DNA from: Octopus bimaculoides
Lineage: Eukaryota
NCBI RefSeq assembly: GCF_001194135.2
Contig: NC_068990.1
Location: 66,844,599 to 66,883,562 of the forward strand
Direction: 5' to 3'
DNA: 38,964 nucleotides
Shown here: in pieces, positions 9,170 to 20,480 of the stretch
Position numbering within the stretch: position 1 is the first letter of the stretch
Layout of the letters: every line of letters starts with the position of its first letter
Made by a program: the position numbers and the translations under genes
Notes under the pieces: model-generated
The model's database searches: none
Told to the model about the DNA's origin: nothing
What the model saw: the letters and a program-made list of their open reading frames with translations, nothing else

Positions 9170-9209
9170 CTGTAGGATGCAAACATTTCAGTCTGTTCTT
9201 CAGCCACAG
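9170..9209 (-). ncRNA. Minimal type I hammerhead ribozyme motif
   Basis: Minus strand reads CTGTGG-CTGAAGA-ACAGACT-GAAA-TG-TTTG-CA-TC-CTACAG. It has a 6-bp stem I with one G-U pair, both core boxes, a 3-bp stem III ATG/CAT, an AUC triplet and a rudimentary stem II. Confidence 0.6.
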
Positions 9210-9879
9210 AAACTGGACAGGGTGTGCTGCGAGCTTGATAAGAGAGACTGTCGCTCTTATGATATTCCCCTCACCGTAAAATGATTGGCAGCGCTAATCG
9301 GTGGCTCACTGCAAACAAATTCCGGAGTGTGAGTGTTAAGCAGTGATGTGTATAGATACTTACCAATTCAAATAAGTTTATGGTACACCAGATTTTACTC
9401 TTTAAGTAATAGGCCGCAGGTAGAGAAGATTTCTTGTCTAGAATCGCATGTATTTGAGTGTATTTCCATAAGTTAGGAAGAGACCACTGACAAAGAAAGT
9501 TGAAATATTTAGTAGAGAATATATCTAGCCTTTTATATCTTTTAGTATGCGGATGGGTGTAATGGGCATGCAAAAATGATTGGATGTCAGCTTATAGTGA
9601 TAAGCTTTGGGCCACACTTTGTTAGGGTGATAGAAAGACTGTCGGAATAAATAGCTTGGGGAGGAACAAGATTTTTGTGAGAGTGACGTCTGCGCAGTCA
9701 CAAAGAGGGTGGTGATTAGAAAAGGTATGTAACTCTAAACGTAAAACGAAAAACAACATTTTCAAATACATGATGCGCAAATACTGATGTCTGTAGAACA
9801 AATTCAGAGACATGGGGAAAATATATCTAGATATGGTGACGTCCACAACATCAATATTAACTACAACAGTATGACACCT

Positions 9880-10300
9880 CGTTGGCAGAATCGTTAGTAC
9901 TCCGGGAAAAATGCTTAGCGGCATTTCATCCGTCTTTACTTTCTGAATTTAAATTCCGCTTAGGTCCACTTTGCCTTTCACCCTTTCGGTGTCGATAAAA
10001 TAGATACACTGAAGTCGATGTAATCGACTTACGCCCTGCCCCGAACTTGCTGGCTTTGTACCAACAACAACACTATGGCGGCATGCTGGCAGAGTCATTA
10101 GCACACCAGGCAAAATGCTTAGAGACTCTTTGCCCGCCTTTATGTTCGAGTTCAAATTCTGCTATGGTCGACTTTGCTTTTCATCCTTTCGTGGTCGATA
10201 AAACAAGTACCAGTTGAGTACTGGGGTTGTAGTAACTGACACCCCCGCTCCCCCTCGGACTTGCTGGTCTTGTGTCAACTTTTGAAACCAGTATTAACAA
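9880..10300 (+). mobile_element. Two head-to-tail SINE family B copies (about 9880-10075 and 10077-10300)
   Basis: Each has tggcaga.tc.ttag.ac.cc.gg.aaaatgcttag, aaattc.gc...gg..actttgc.tttca.cctttcg..gtcgataaaa and an (AAC)n tail. Confidence 0.85.
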
Positions 10301-10489
10301 CAACAGTAACAGTGTTAGTTATAACGGTGATGAAGAGGACGACGAGGAGGAGAAGGATGGGGAGAGAAAGAAGAGAAGTAAGAAGCAGTTTCTCTAACGA
10401 ACAAACCAACACTGACTGTCAAGCGGTGGTGAGGAAACCAACACAAAGATATGCATACACATAAACACACATAAACACTCAAATACACA

Positions 10490-10620
10490 CGGTCTTCCAC
10501 ACAAGGCACTGGTCGGCTCGGGGCAAAAGACACTTACCCAAGTTGCTGCACAGCGCGACTGAACCAGAAACCACATGGTTGCCCAATGAGCTTCTTAACT
10601 ATGCACCTCTGCTTGCACCT
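10490..10620 (-). mobile_element. SINE family A head fragment
   Basis: cacaaggcactggtcggctcggggc...agacacttacccaag...gactgaacc...aaccacatggttg matches the family A head. Confidence 0.75.
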
Positions 10621-11581
10621 GTTAAATATTTATTTCTTCGTTCATTTGTTTGTTTTTTGGATATGGACGACAACCATCTATTTATTGAAAGTGATTGAGA
10701 GATAGTATATCTATCTCACTATAACGTTCAATAAACAAATGGTTTCTATACTGGTGTGAGAAATTCCAACTTTTCTTAGAAAAGTGTATAAAAAAAAAAA
10801 ACAGGAAACCCTTTTTTAAAGCAAGCGTGAATTTCATTAAAGAAAAACTTTAGAAGTTGGTGAATTAAACAGAATACATCATTTGCAAATGAAAGAAAAT
10901 TATAAGTGACCAAATTAATAGTAAAAACTAAACTTTTTTTTTTTAATAAGAAAACTCTGTTATATATCAACATTTTAGATCTTTCATTGAGAAGATATAG
11001 TAATATTTAAGTCATGTAACAAGAATAGAGAGAGAAAAACTTCAACATAAACAAAGTAAGCTGTGAAATAATTTAGAGATCAGCACTTAAAAGCTGTCAT
11101 TAAGAGCGCAAACATTGAGATATAGGTCTTCCACACATAAAATTACCAGAAGATAGTTGCTATCGAAAATAGTACAAATAGTTGTTAATATGGTATCGAA
11201 AATGAAGTTTCTAGATCACTAATATCTGATAGTATTCAGAAATAACTGAAGTATGTAAAAAGTGAGGTGTAATTTAGAAATGGAAGGTTTAAAAGTGAGA
11301 CTGATGTATATTTGATGGCTTCAGAAAAGTTAATCTTTTTAGAGAAATCAGTCTATGAACAAAAGTGTGGTTGTGCAGTTCAGAAGTTCGTTTCGCAATT
11401 TCGTGGTTTCTGGTTCATTCTAACTCTGCAGCACTTCATGCAAATATCTCCTATTGTAACCAAGTGTAGACTCAGGATTTGTGTGAGAATGAAAATTGTA
11501 TGGAAGTACATAGGAGACACTAATCCTGTTTTGGGGTTGGATGTCTTAACTCGACGATCAGTTTAACACCGCCACCTTATC

Positions 11582-11970
11582 AGAGAGAGAGAGAGAGAGA
11601 GAGCGGTTCTCTCTCTGTTACAAATCTTTTGATTACATCTCTCGTCAGAACAGCTTCCTAACATCTTTCCTCTTATATTGGAGGCTTTAATAAAGACTAT
11701 GTATACTGCTCTCTCTACTTTGATTCGACCCTACATACATACATACATACATTCATACATGCATATCCATATATGTACATAATACATATAGAGAGAAAGG
11801 GTAAGAAAGGGGGATGGAAAGAGAGAGGAAAGGAATAGACAGGGGAGGGAGAGGGATAGACAGGGGAAGGAGAGAGATAAATAAATAGATTACATATATA
11901 TATATAACTTACATATAACAGTATCTGTGTATGTATGAATATGTGTGTATGTGTCTCTGTGTGTGTGTGA
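11582..11970. repeat. (GA)n, (TACA)n, purine-rich and (TG)n low-complexity cluster
   Basis: Direct inspection. Confidence 0.85.
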
Positions 11971-12360
11971 AAATCAGCTAAGAAAAATAACCAGGGGCAA
12001 GAACACGAAAAGTGAAGACAAATAAAGTTTTATGAAATAGCATACAAGATAAATACTTGTTATATTGAAATGAATTTCTCTTCGAATGAAACATGAACAG
12101 ATGTTTTGTGACAATTGCGACAACTAGAAATGAGAAAGGGAGATAATCTCAAGACTCAAGCATTTTATGATATTTACACGTCATTAATGTAAAGACAATT
12201 TGATTGTCTGGAGGCAAGGCAACAGCTGTAGCTCTGTGTCTCTGACTCTGTATACGTCATCAGCACGACAGTTATTCGACCTAGATTCCAGTATACGAGA
12301 TTATTAGACATATAGAAAGAGAGAAGAAAACATTTAAGGCATGGGGTCATTTATTGCTTA

Positions 12361-12600
12361 TCGTTTACTTGTTTTAGTCATTAAACTGCGGCCATGCTGG
12401 GGCACCGCTTTCAGGAATTTTAGTCGAATTAATCGATCCCAGTACTTATTTTCTTTTAAGCCTGGTGCTTGTTCTATCAGTCTGTTTTGCTGAACCACAA
12501 GGTTATGGGGACGTAAACACACGAACACCGCTTGTCAAGCTGTAATGGAGGACAGGCACAGACACAAAGATACTCTCACACATACACGTATGTATTCTGT
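12361..12600 (-). mobile_element. SINE family A, 3' half
   Basis: tttacttgttttagtcattaaactgcggccatgctggggcaccgc...ggggacgtaaacac...ttgtcaagc. Confidence 0.85.
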
Positions 12601-12794
12601 CTGTTTGTCTGTATGCATGTATGCATGGTGTATATTTATATGTATGTATATATATATATATATATAATATAATATAAGTCACGATATATGGATTCAAGTA
12701 GTCCAATAGTATTCCTAAAAAAATGTCTTTAATGTATCATTCTAAAAAATATATAGAATATAGAGTACGAGACAAGAGAAAACCATAAGGAGTG

Positions 12795-13034
12795 TATAAA
12801 GTCATAAATGACAGAGAAATAATTTGATGAAATTTCATTTAACAATAAGAAAATTCTAATATCACGACAAATTGTTTCGTAACTTAAAAACCTATAAATA
12901 ATTTATTTATTATTGAATAATATAAATTATTTACATTTTATTACGCTACGAAACAATTTGTCATAATATCAGAATTTTTCTCATTGTTAAATAACATTTC
13001 ATCAAGCAATTTCCCTATCATTTATGACTTTATA
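12795..13034. mobile_element. Foldback/MITE-like element with about 90-bp inverted arms and TA ends
   Basis: 12795-12883 is the reverse complement of 12945-13034 at about 85% identity by eye. The spacer is 61 bp and AT-rich. Confidence 0.75.
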
Positions 13035-13044
13035 TATATATTCA

Positions 13045-13235
13045 CCATGCTGAACCGCTGAAATCTACAAGTTTTTTTCATTCTCTCTCTGTTTATTTTC
13101 TCTTATTTCTTTCTGTTGAAGAGCGTACGCTCGAAAAGTAGAAGACTTTTCTATATTTCCCGAGTGTCAAACTAATACACTTGCTTGTTGTTCATATACC
13201 TGCCTTCGTTTTTTGCTTTCCTATAAATTTCAACC
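13045..13235 (+). mobile_element. Penelope-like terminal repeat fragment with an eroded hammerhead-like core
   Basis: ctgttga-a-GAGCgtacGCTC-gaaa at 13113-13136 follows the CTGANGA-A-stem-GAAA pattern typical of PLE ends. Stem I is not recoverable. Confidence 0.4.
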
Positions 13236-13239
13236 ATTC

Positions 13240-13346
13240 ATACATACATACATATACATATATACATATATACAACGGGCTTCTTTCAGTTTCCATCTAC
13301 CAAATCCACTCACAAGGCTTTTTTCAGCCCGAGGCTACAGTACAAG
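13240..13346 (-). mobile_element. SINE family A, 5'-proximal segment (continuation of 12361-12600)
   Basis: acaacgggcttctttcagtttccatctaccaaatccactcacaaggcttt...cccgaggctacagtacaag. Confidence 0.85.
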
Positions 13347-13643
13347 TATATAATGGTATATAATGGTATACAGTATGTAATGGTATATTAAGTACTAAAC
13401 AAAATGGATTCTTGATTTACTGGAATCAGCGTCACATCGAAGAAGAGTAAACAAATGCCTTGTTATAGTTCTGAACAACACGAAACGAGAAGGCGAGGCA
13501 ATCCCAAGAATCAAGGGCTTCTCCTAAATTGACATGCCATTAAGGAAACTTTCTGCTGTGATTTTACGTCGACAATAATGAGATAATAGCAGTAGATGAA
13601 TCTTGTTCTTCCTCTATCTAAATTCTCTATTTTTTTTTCTAAT

Positions 13644-13946
13644 CACATCAACAGAATGACTGACAGCCGTATATTCAGACAGCTGTTGTACAGTGAGCTC
13701 ACACAAGGGTTCCGCAAACAAGGAAGGACTAAACAGAGGTACAAGTACATCCTGAAAAGATCTCAAATGGAGCGACATTAGTCCACGCGAACTTGAAGCC
13801 TCTGCCGCAGACAGATCAGCGAGGAGGTTTCTAGTCTCATAAGCAACATCAGACGTCACAGGACAGCGTCCACCTCACTCCAGACAAAAGACTAACGCTG
13901 AGGCCCAAAAATCTTTTGTCATCGTCGGACACCGATGGATTACCAT
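13644..13946 (+). mobile_element. RTE-clade LINE 3' fragment
   Basis: HINRMTDSRIFRQLLYSELTQGFRKQGRTKQRYKYILK matches the RTE ORF C-terminal motif HVxRMxDxRxPKxLLYGELxxGxRxxGRP. The tail reads gtcatcgtcggacaccgatggattacca. Confidence 0.8.
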
Positions 13947-15408
13947 AGTAATAGTATTTCTAGCCAAATCCTGAGTAGCAAGTATAGAACAAAATGAAAA
14001 CTAGTTGGATGTTATTAGAGACAGCAATAAATATCTGACAGTCCTTTGCCAGAAAGGCTTAATATCAATAGCTAGATGAGATATTCCTTGCTCTTTTTGA
14101 TAACCATTTTTGTTTTTCCACTAAGAAGCCACCCAGTTACAACAACAACAACAACAACAACAATAATAATAATAATCTATGTAGAAGAACAAAAACAACT
14201 CTTTCACAAAACTCTAAGGATGTTTGAATGTTATCAACAAAATACAGATCAATGCCAATAAACATAAGTAAAAAAGAACTCTTAATAATCAACGAAGAAT
14301 AAAAGCTGCTATAAGCATTGTAATAGGGAAATTTGACATCACAAGATGTTTAAATTTTACTGATATAAGTGAAATTGCTTTATCTATGAATGTATTCTCT
14401 AAGCAATTGAAAGTGCAGGGTTAAATAAACAGTGACTTTTTACAGGAGATAGAAATCACCAACATAGAATAGAATACTGGAAGGCTAAATTGAACATAGC
14501 ATAGGTAAGTTGCGCAACGAAAGAAATAAGATAACCTAGATGTTACAAGATAATCCTTCCATAAAAAAAAGATTCTGTACTAAGTAAGGATAATGTCAGA
14601 AATTAACAAAAACGGTTTTATCCTTGAAACAAAGAATATTCGGATTAACTAAAAGATTTGAAAAAGTATAGTCTTATTGAACAGTGCTGGCTTTCAGAAC
14701 TAGATTTTTGAAAATAATCCCCTAGAGTCTCTAAAGAAGGACAAATGATAGGAAATTATAATACGATAAGATATTATTAAAGAAAACCTAGAAATAGTAT
14801 GGAAGCCCATTTTTGAAAAGAAATTTAAATACAGCAATAATAGCTGATGTTTAGAGGTGAAGAAATTAAAACAGCTACCAAACACGAGAGTATTATAGTA
14901 TGTGATTTGATGTTTATTCTAACAGGAAAAGCCTTAACTTTTCTAACATGTAAAATCACTAGTCTATTTTAATTTTAACATATTACACAACCAAATATAT
15001 CAACTTTCAGTACTCTCTAGAAGAATAGGAAAGCAAATGGATGGCAGTTTCTTACTGGAAAGACAAAGCTGGAAAACAAAAAGATCAAGAAGTTGTCTCA
15101 TCTAACTACCAGAACTATATATTTTCCAAATATTGTCCTGTATGATGATTAAGCGTTTAGATTATGATACTTTTATTCATATTGAGCAAACAGGTCTGTG
15201 TTTAAGACTTAGGAAACAACTGACTAGTTCCTTATTAATATAATGGTACTGAGTGAAAAAAAAAAGGTATGCAGGCAGAACCCATTATGTGTCTAGGTTG
15301 ATTACACGAACTAGTTTGATAAAGTCCTACATGAGTGAAACGTTATAAACGTACACTAGAAAAGGATATGACAATTCACAGAAACAAGGGGATTAAAACA
15401 GATCAGAT

Positions 15409-15865
15409 TACTATTTTCTAATCTCACAACATGAGATGTTCAGCAACAGTACTTTGTAGTAAAGATTGTTTGCCAACATAATATGGCAGTCCTGGTTTAG
15501 GACTAATATTGCTGTAATTTAGCCCCAGGCGACATCGTCTCCAGCTGGCTATACGACACGATCTGTGTCCTTACATTTTTGAACAAGGGAATCTAGCACC
15601 TCCACTCAGCTCAAAACAATATCTGTGTATCGCGATTTCTGGGTTATTTTCTTCATCAGTACAGAATAATTGTCCAGCTAGAGGTGGCGTTGCCAAATTC
15701 CCGTTCGAAATATATAGTTTTCAAAGTGACAACTATTCACTGCTTTATAAATTAGAAAATTACTATTTTCGAATCTCACAATGTGAGATGTCTCCTGGGG
15801 TTAAATTACAGCAACATTAGTCCTAAACCAGGACTGCCATATTATGTTGACAAACAATCTTTACT
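15409..15865 (-). mobile_element. About 457-bp TSD-flanked non-autonomous retroelement (retrozyme/Penelope-like) with direct and inverted terminal repeats
   Basis: An 11-bp TSD acagatcagat lies at 15398-15408 and 15866-15876. A 31-bp direct repeat (28/31) lies at 15409-15439 and 15761-15791, and an 82-bp inverted repeat (78/82) at 15455-15536 and 15787-15868. There is no ORF. Confidence 0.8.
15622..15665 (-). ncRNA. Degenerate minimal type I hammerhead motif
   Basis: Minus strand reads TCTGTA-CTGATGA-AGAAAATAACCCA-GAAA-TCGCGA-TA-CACAGA. The core boxes are intact, stem III is the palindrome ATCGCGAT, and stem I is 5 bp with an A-C mismatch next to the core. Stem II is unpaired. Confidence 0.45.
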
Positions 15866-16384
15866 ACAGATCAGATATTGTCGTTAAAGACCATCAGGAC
15901 AGGAAGTCTCTATTGATAAATTCTATCAATCCCAACAGACGATTATGTAAACTTAAAGGAAGTGTAGAAGCTATCCATATTTAATGATCTAAAATTAGGG
16001 ATAAGAACGTGAGTATTGAAAACAATATCCATAATAATTGTCCCCTAGGGAACTCTTTTAAAAATGTAATTAAGAATTAAAACTTGAGGATTATATATGT
16101 ATATAATATTATGCTTTCACATCTATAACGAAAAATATATATTTCACAGTACAGGAGAAAAAAGAAAACCGTAACACTTTTCGGTGGGCATAAGTATCAC
16201 GCTTTTCCTTATCTTACCTTTCGATAAAATTGTCAGGCAAAGAGACAGAAGATTCATTTTCTTTTCTTAGATTTAATCCAACTACAACATAAGTAAAAAC
16301 TAATACTTTCAGGAGTTCTTAAAATTAAAGTTTACTCATGAAAAGCAACAAGAGAGACCTCCGTTCACCAATTTATCATTTTCT

Positions 16385-16660
16385 CTGTCCACTTCTTTGT
16401 GGGTGGGGTAGGTGTCGTCGTGGTCGAGTCCTCAGACACCACCCCTCCATATGGTTGGATTCGCAAGAATGACTAACTGAGACAATGGATATTATCCACC
16501 ACCATCCCGGGTCTCCTACTGGTTGGCTCTGCTTGAAGAATTCGTCTTGCAATTCTTTCTCGCAACATTCTAATCACATGTCCGCAGTGCCAGATAGAAG
16601 CCACCGTTCCATACATTTCTCTCCCTAAGTAAACATACCGACTTTTTACGTTTAAATCTA
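16385..16660 (-). mobile_element. RTE-clade LINE fragment (internally deleted)
   Basis: RYVYLGRE (RT) is joined to WHCGHVIRMLRERIARRILQAEPTSRRPG (C-terminal RTE motif). Confidence 0.7.
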
Positions 16661-17144
16661 TCACACGTTACGAATTTGAACTCTTCCAGAATAGTACCAA
16701 AAACCTTGAACGTTCAACACCCTGATGGCGACATCGTCCACCGATGGAGACACGGCTCTTTTGTCTTCCAGTTCGAGCGGGATATCCGTAAAAAATCTCC
16801 AGCCTCTACAACAAACGCTCCAGCACTAAGACTAACTAGAGAAACGTGGGATGGAATTGTTGGTGAACAGAGTAAGCGATACGAAACTGCTTCGAAAGTG
16901 GATCAGGAAGAAGAAAAACAATAGGAGCATAGGAATACTAATATGACACACTATATAAAAAAAAAAAAATAAGATCTAAATATAGAATATACAAGACATA
17001 GCTCTACTGGGAAAGATATCAATAATTGCATGGAAAAATATAAATGTAAAATAAAAAGCCATATAATATAGCGTACACCCTACATATGTAGAGTGGCTCT
17101 CCGTAAGGTATTGAAAGTACACAGCAGTAATCAGTGTACTGAAA

Positions 17145-17242
17145 GGATGATTATGATGGCGATCAGAACGATAATGTTAATCGGAAAGATTAGGACGACG
17201 AAAAGGATAATGATGATGGTGATGGTGATGATGATGATGGCA

Positions 17243-17302
<60 letters not shown>

Positions 17303-17314
17303 GCGATGGTGATA

Positions 17315-17409
<95 letters not shown>

Positions 17410-17635
17410 GATGGCGATGATNNNNNNNNNNNNNNNNNNNNNNNNNNNNNNNNNNNNNNNNNNNNNNNNNNNNNNNNNNNNNNNNNNNNNNNNNNNNNNN
17501 NNNNNNNNNNNNNNNNNNNNNNNNNNNNNNNNNNNNNNNNATGATGACGTCGATGACGATGATGAGAATAAGAACAACAATAATAATGATAATAAGAATA
17601 ATACCAAAAATAACAACAACAACAACAACAACAAT
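17145..17635. repeat. (GAT)n trinucleotide array with GGC interruptions, gap 17422-17540, then (AAC/AAT)n
   Basis: Direct inspection. Confidence 0.95.
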
Positions 17636-19447
17636 TCTCAAGTATATTGAATACATTGATTTTTGCCATAAGTTTTCTAATGCATCGATTGAAGTCATCG
17701 ATAGCATGAGATAGTATCACTTGTTATCAGCCTTATTTTTGAAAATAGGTTTACATGGAAAAGCAAAATAAATTTTAAAATATAGAGAGAAAAACAATAA
17801 CTAAGTAAGACAAGACAAAAAAATTGTAGAGGACGTGGAGTGCTTAGAAGAAGGAAAGTTCTTTAAGAAGCTTGATATCTCTACCTTACAAATCTTCCAA
17901 ATTAACTCGACGAACGAATTTTTTTTAAATAATCAAAAAATGAAAGATATAACAGAAATCCAGCAATCCCACACGTACATACACACACAGACGTACAGGT
18001 GTACACATATACATGAACAATCTGCAAACAGACATGCACATAGACATACGCATAAGCATATGCACAAATACACATGTACATAGAGACACACAGATAAACA
18101 TACAAACTACAGTAGAACTAATGAACAACGAAATATAAACACAAAGTTTACATGCAAAAAACAAAAAAAAAAAAGAGAAATCTTAATGAAAATCGAGGTA
18201 ACCTAAAATCTCTTATTCTTGCAAATTATTGCAGTTATTACTGCTGTGACTGTTGGTGCTGCTACTACTTCTGGTGCTGCTGTTGGGGTTTCATCCTGTA
18301 CAGAGAAGAGAAAGGGGATCGGATTATAAAGCTATAGCATTTTGTTAACTACATGACATGGAATGTTTTAACTGTAATGGAAGGCTTTTATCAGCTTTTT
18401 CTCACCTGTAATCCGGTATGGGATAGATTAGGTTGGCAAAATGTGACAGGATGCATGTAGGTGCTAGATAGAGATTAGTAAATAAGAAGCTTAACCTTCA
18501 TATCTCTGTCAAGAAAAAGGGATCATGAATATGTTAAGATGGATAGGAGCGAGGTTTATGATTATTAAGACGTGAGTTTACGTCTACATATTTGCAGTGC
18601 TGTTGTACGTTTTTACCGAGAACAATTATAAAGGTTTGTCACAAGGTGCAACTGTTCGGTATAATAGGGACACTTTAGTGTATTTTCTTATAGCTCAGAC
18701 ACATGCATTTCTTAACAAAGTGCTACTGCAAATTTTGTCAATGTATTGAAATATAACTTTATAGAGAATCCGATTTTATCTTGGTATAGTTTCGAATTGA
18801 AAATTACAGAGAGAAATCTGTATAGAGAATTACTGTGTTTGTTTATAGAAAATGAATATAAGTGAGTGGAAAATTAAGAATAGTTTTAATAATTCATCAC
18901 GTGCACACAGAACCAAAGTAATAATGTACGTATTCATTCTTAATACGCTACGGCAGATTCGAATGTGAACATGCTAGGTGCTGTAATATTTCGTCTCCGG
19001 AAAATATTTTCTCTTTTCAAACAATTCGTGTTCGAAGCACACATGTTTGAAAGAATATAAACAGGCCAGCAGCATGTAACCAACGTTTACATTGATATTA
19101 GCATGATTTTGATCCTGAATTTTACTATAAAAAAAAAGTAAAGCGGCCGTACATATTTCAATATAGTTGTAAGCTATTAATTTTTGTAGGGTTTCCTAAC
19201 ATCTACTAGCCAACAAACTAGATGAATTCAAATTATTCGATTCAACGTTTTGCCTTTTAAACTTGTATACATAGTGTAATGTAAAACGGTTTTCAGTCAT
19301 AACTTTAGCCACAAGACGAAAGGAGGTACCAATGATCTTTGTGGCCTTCTGAGATTGGATGAAAGCGATGCATCTAGTGTCAAGTTTGAATATTCTCAGA
19401 TCGATTCGTCTGAAATAACGTGAGCCAAATAGAATTCTACAAATTTT

Positions 19448-19450
<3 letters not shown>

Positions 19451-19505
<55 letters not shown>

Positions 19506-19545
19506 AATACATACATGTGTGTGTGCGTGCATGTAAGCATACAGT
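19451..19545. repeat. (TA)n and (TG)n microsatellite
   Basis: Direct inspection. Confidence 0.95.
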
Positions 19546-20434
19546 CTATATATGCATATAATTCGTCCAATTATGCAATGTTTAGCTACACTGTGTCACA
19601 AACCTTTATAGCTGCACATTGTAAAAAATGTACTGCTGTGCATATATATAAAACCAAAAGCGTTAGATCTTTTCCTATTCCTTTTATTTGATGCAATTAT
19701 TTTCTTTATACTCATTTTATTTTCATTGTATACTTTCTTTGAATGTCATTGCCTCATTTTACTTGTCTACACTTTTACCACCAAGTTTTATATTTACCTA
19801 TACATCTAACTCCATATATTATTTATTTGTTTGTCTGCTTCTTACATCATGATCGTGCTCGTTTTTCTTGTGGGCGTGTGTTGCTTTACTGTCCACTATG
19901 TATGTAGAAATGTGTATATGGGTGTTTGTGTACAGACACACATACACACACACACGCATACTTACACACGCACTATAATATAACCATATACATGCAAATT
20001 CGCGGTAGTTTTATCTTCAAGTAGATCTAAACTTTTGCAATAGATTCCAACAAAGAATTTCGCCAAACATTGAGTTTTAATAAAGACACACACGTTTCCC
20101 CTTTTATCCTTCTACAACAAATCTTACCACGCAAACGATCTTATGACGAACCAAAAGGATTTTATGTGAAGTTCAGCCCATGTTTCTTTTATTAGGATGT
20201 CTAAAAATTCGTGTTTTACAAAGAATAGCGGCCACAATTGCGCAATTGAAAGAATTCATTACTAATGAGATATCAAAAATCGGTATAGAAAGTCTTTGTT
20301 AGATATCTATAAATATATTTATTTGATTGGTTTATAAAGTCAATAAGACAATTTGATAGTTCATTTCTTTTGAATTGATACAATGCCAAACAGACATTAT
20401 CAGAGTGGGTGCAGGACTTTATAACCAAATGCCA

Positions 20435-20442
20435 ACACACAT

Positions 20443-20480
<38 letters not shown>

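Larger units (their letters stand above)
14400..16000 (+). mobile_element. Highly degraded R4/Dong-like (RLE-type) LINE reverse transcriptase region, interrupted at 15398-15876
   Basis: Remnants IVWKPIFEK (about 14795), SNY (about 15100), VDYTN*FDKVLHE* (about 15298-15340; RT WIDYxKAFDxVPHxW) and, after the insertion, SIFNDLKL (about 15975; YMDDLKL). Confidence 0.5.

Noticed and set aside
11200-11400. KSETDVYLMAS / KCGC remnants suggestive of an RLE-LINE C-terminus
   Set aside because: Too short and degenerate to call without an alignment.
11608-11658. Minus-strand CTGACGA-GAGATgtaATC-aaaa...gtaacag
   Set aside because: G12 is absent and the cleavage-site register is broken.
17177-17707. 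Poly-His, poly-Met, poly-Ser and poly-Asp readings
   Set aside because: All derive from one (GAT)n array. There is no splice or flanking coding support.
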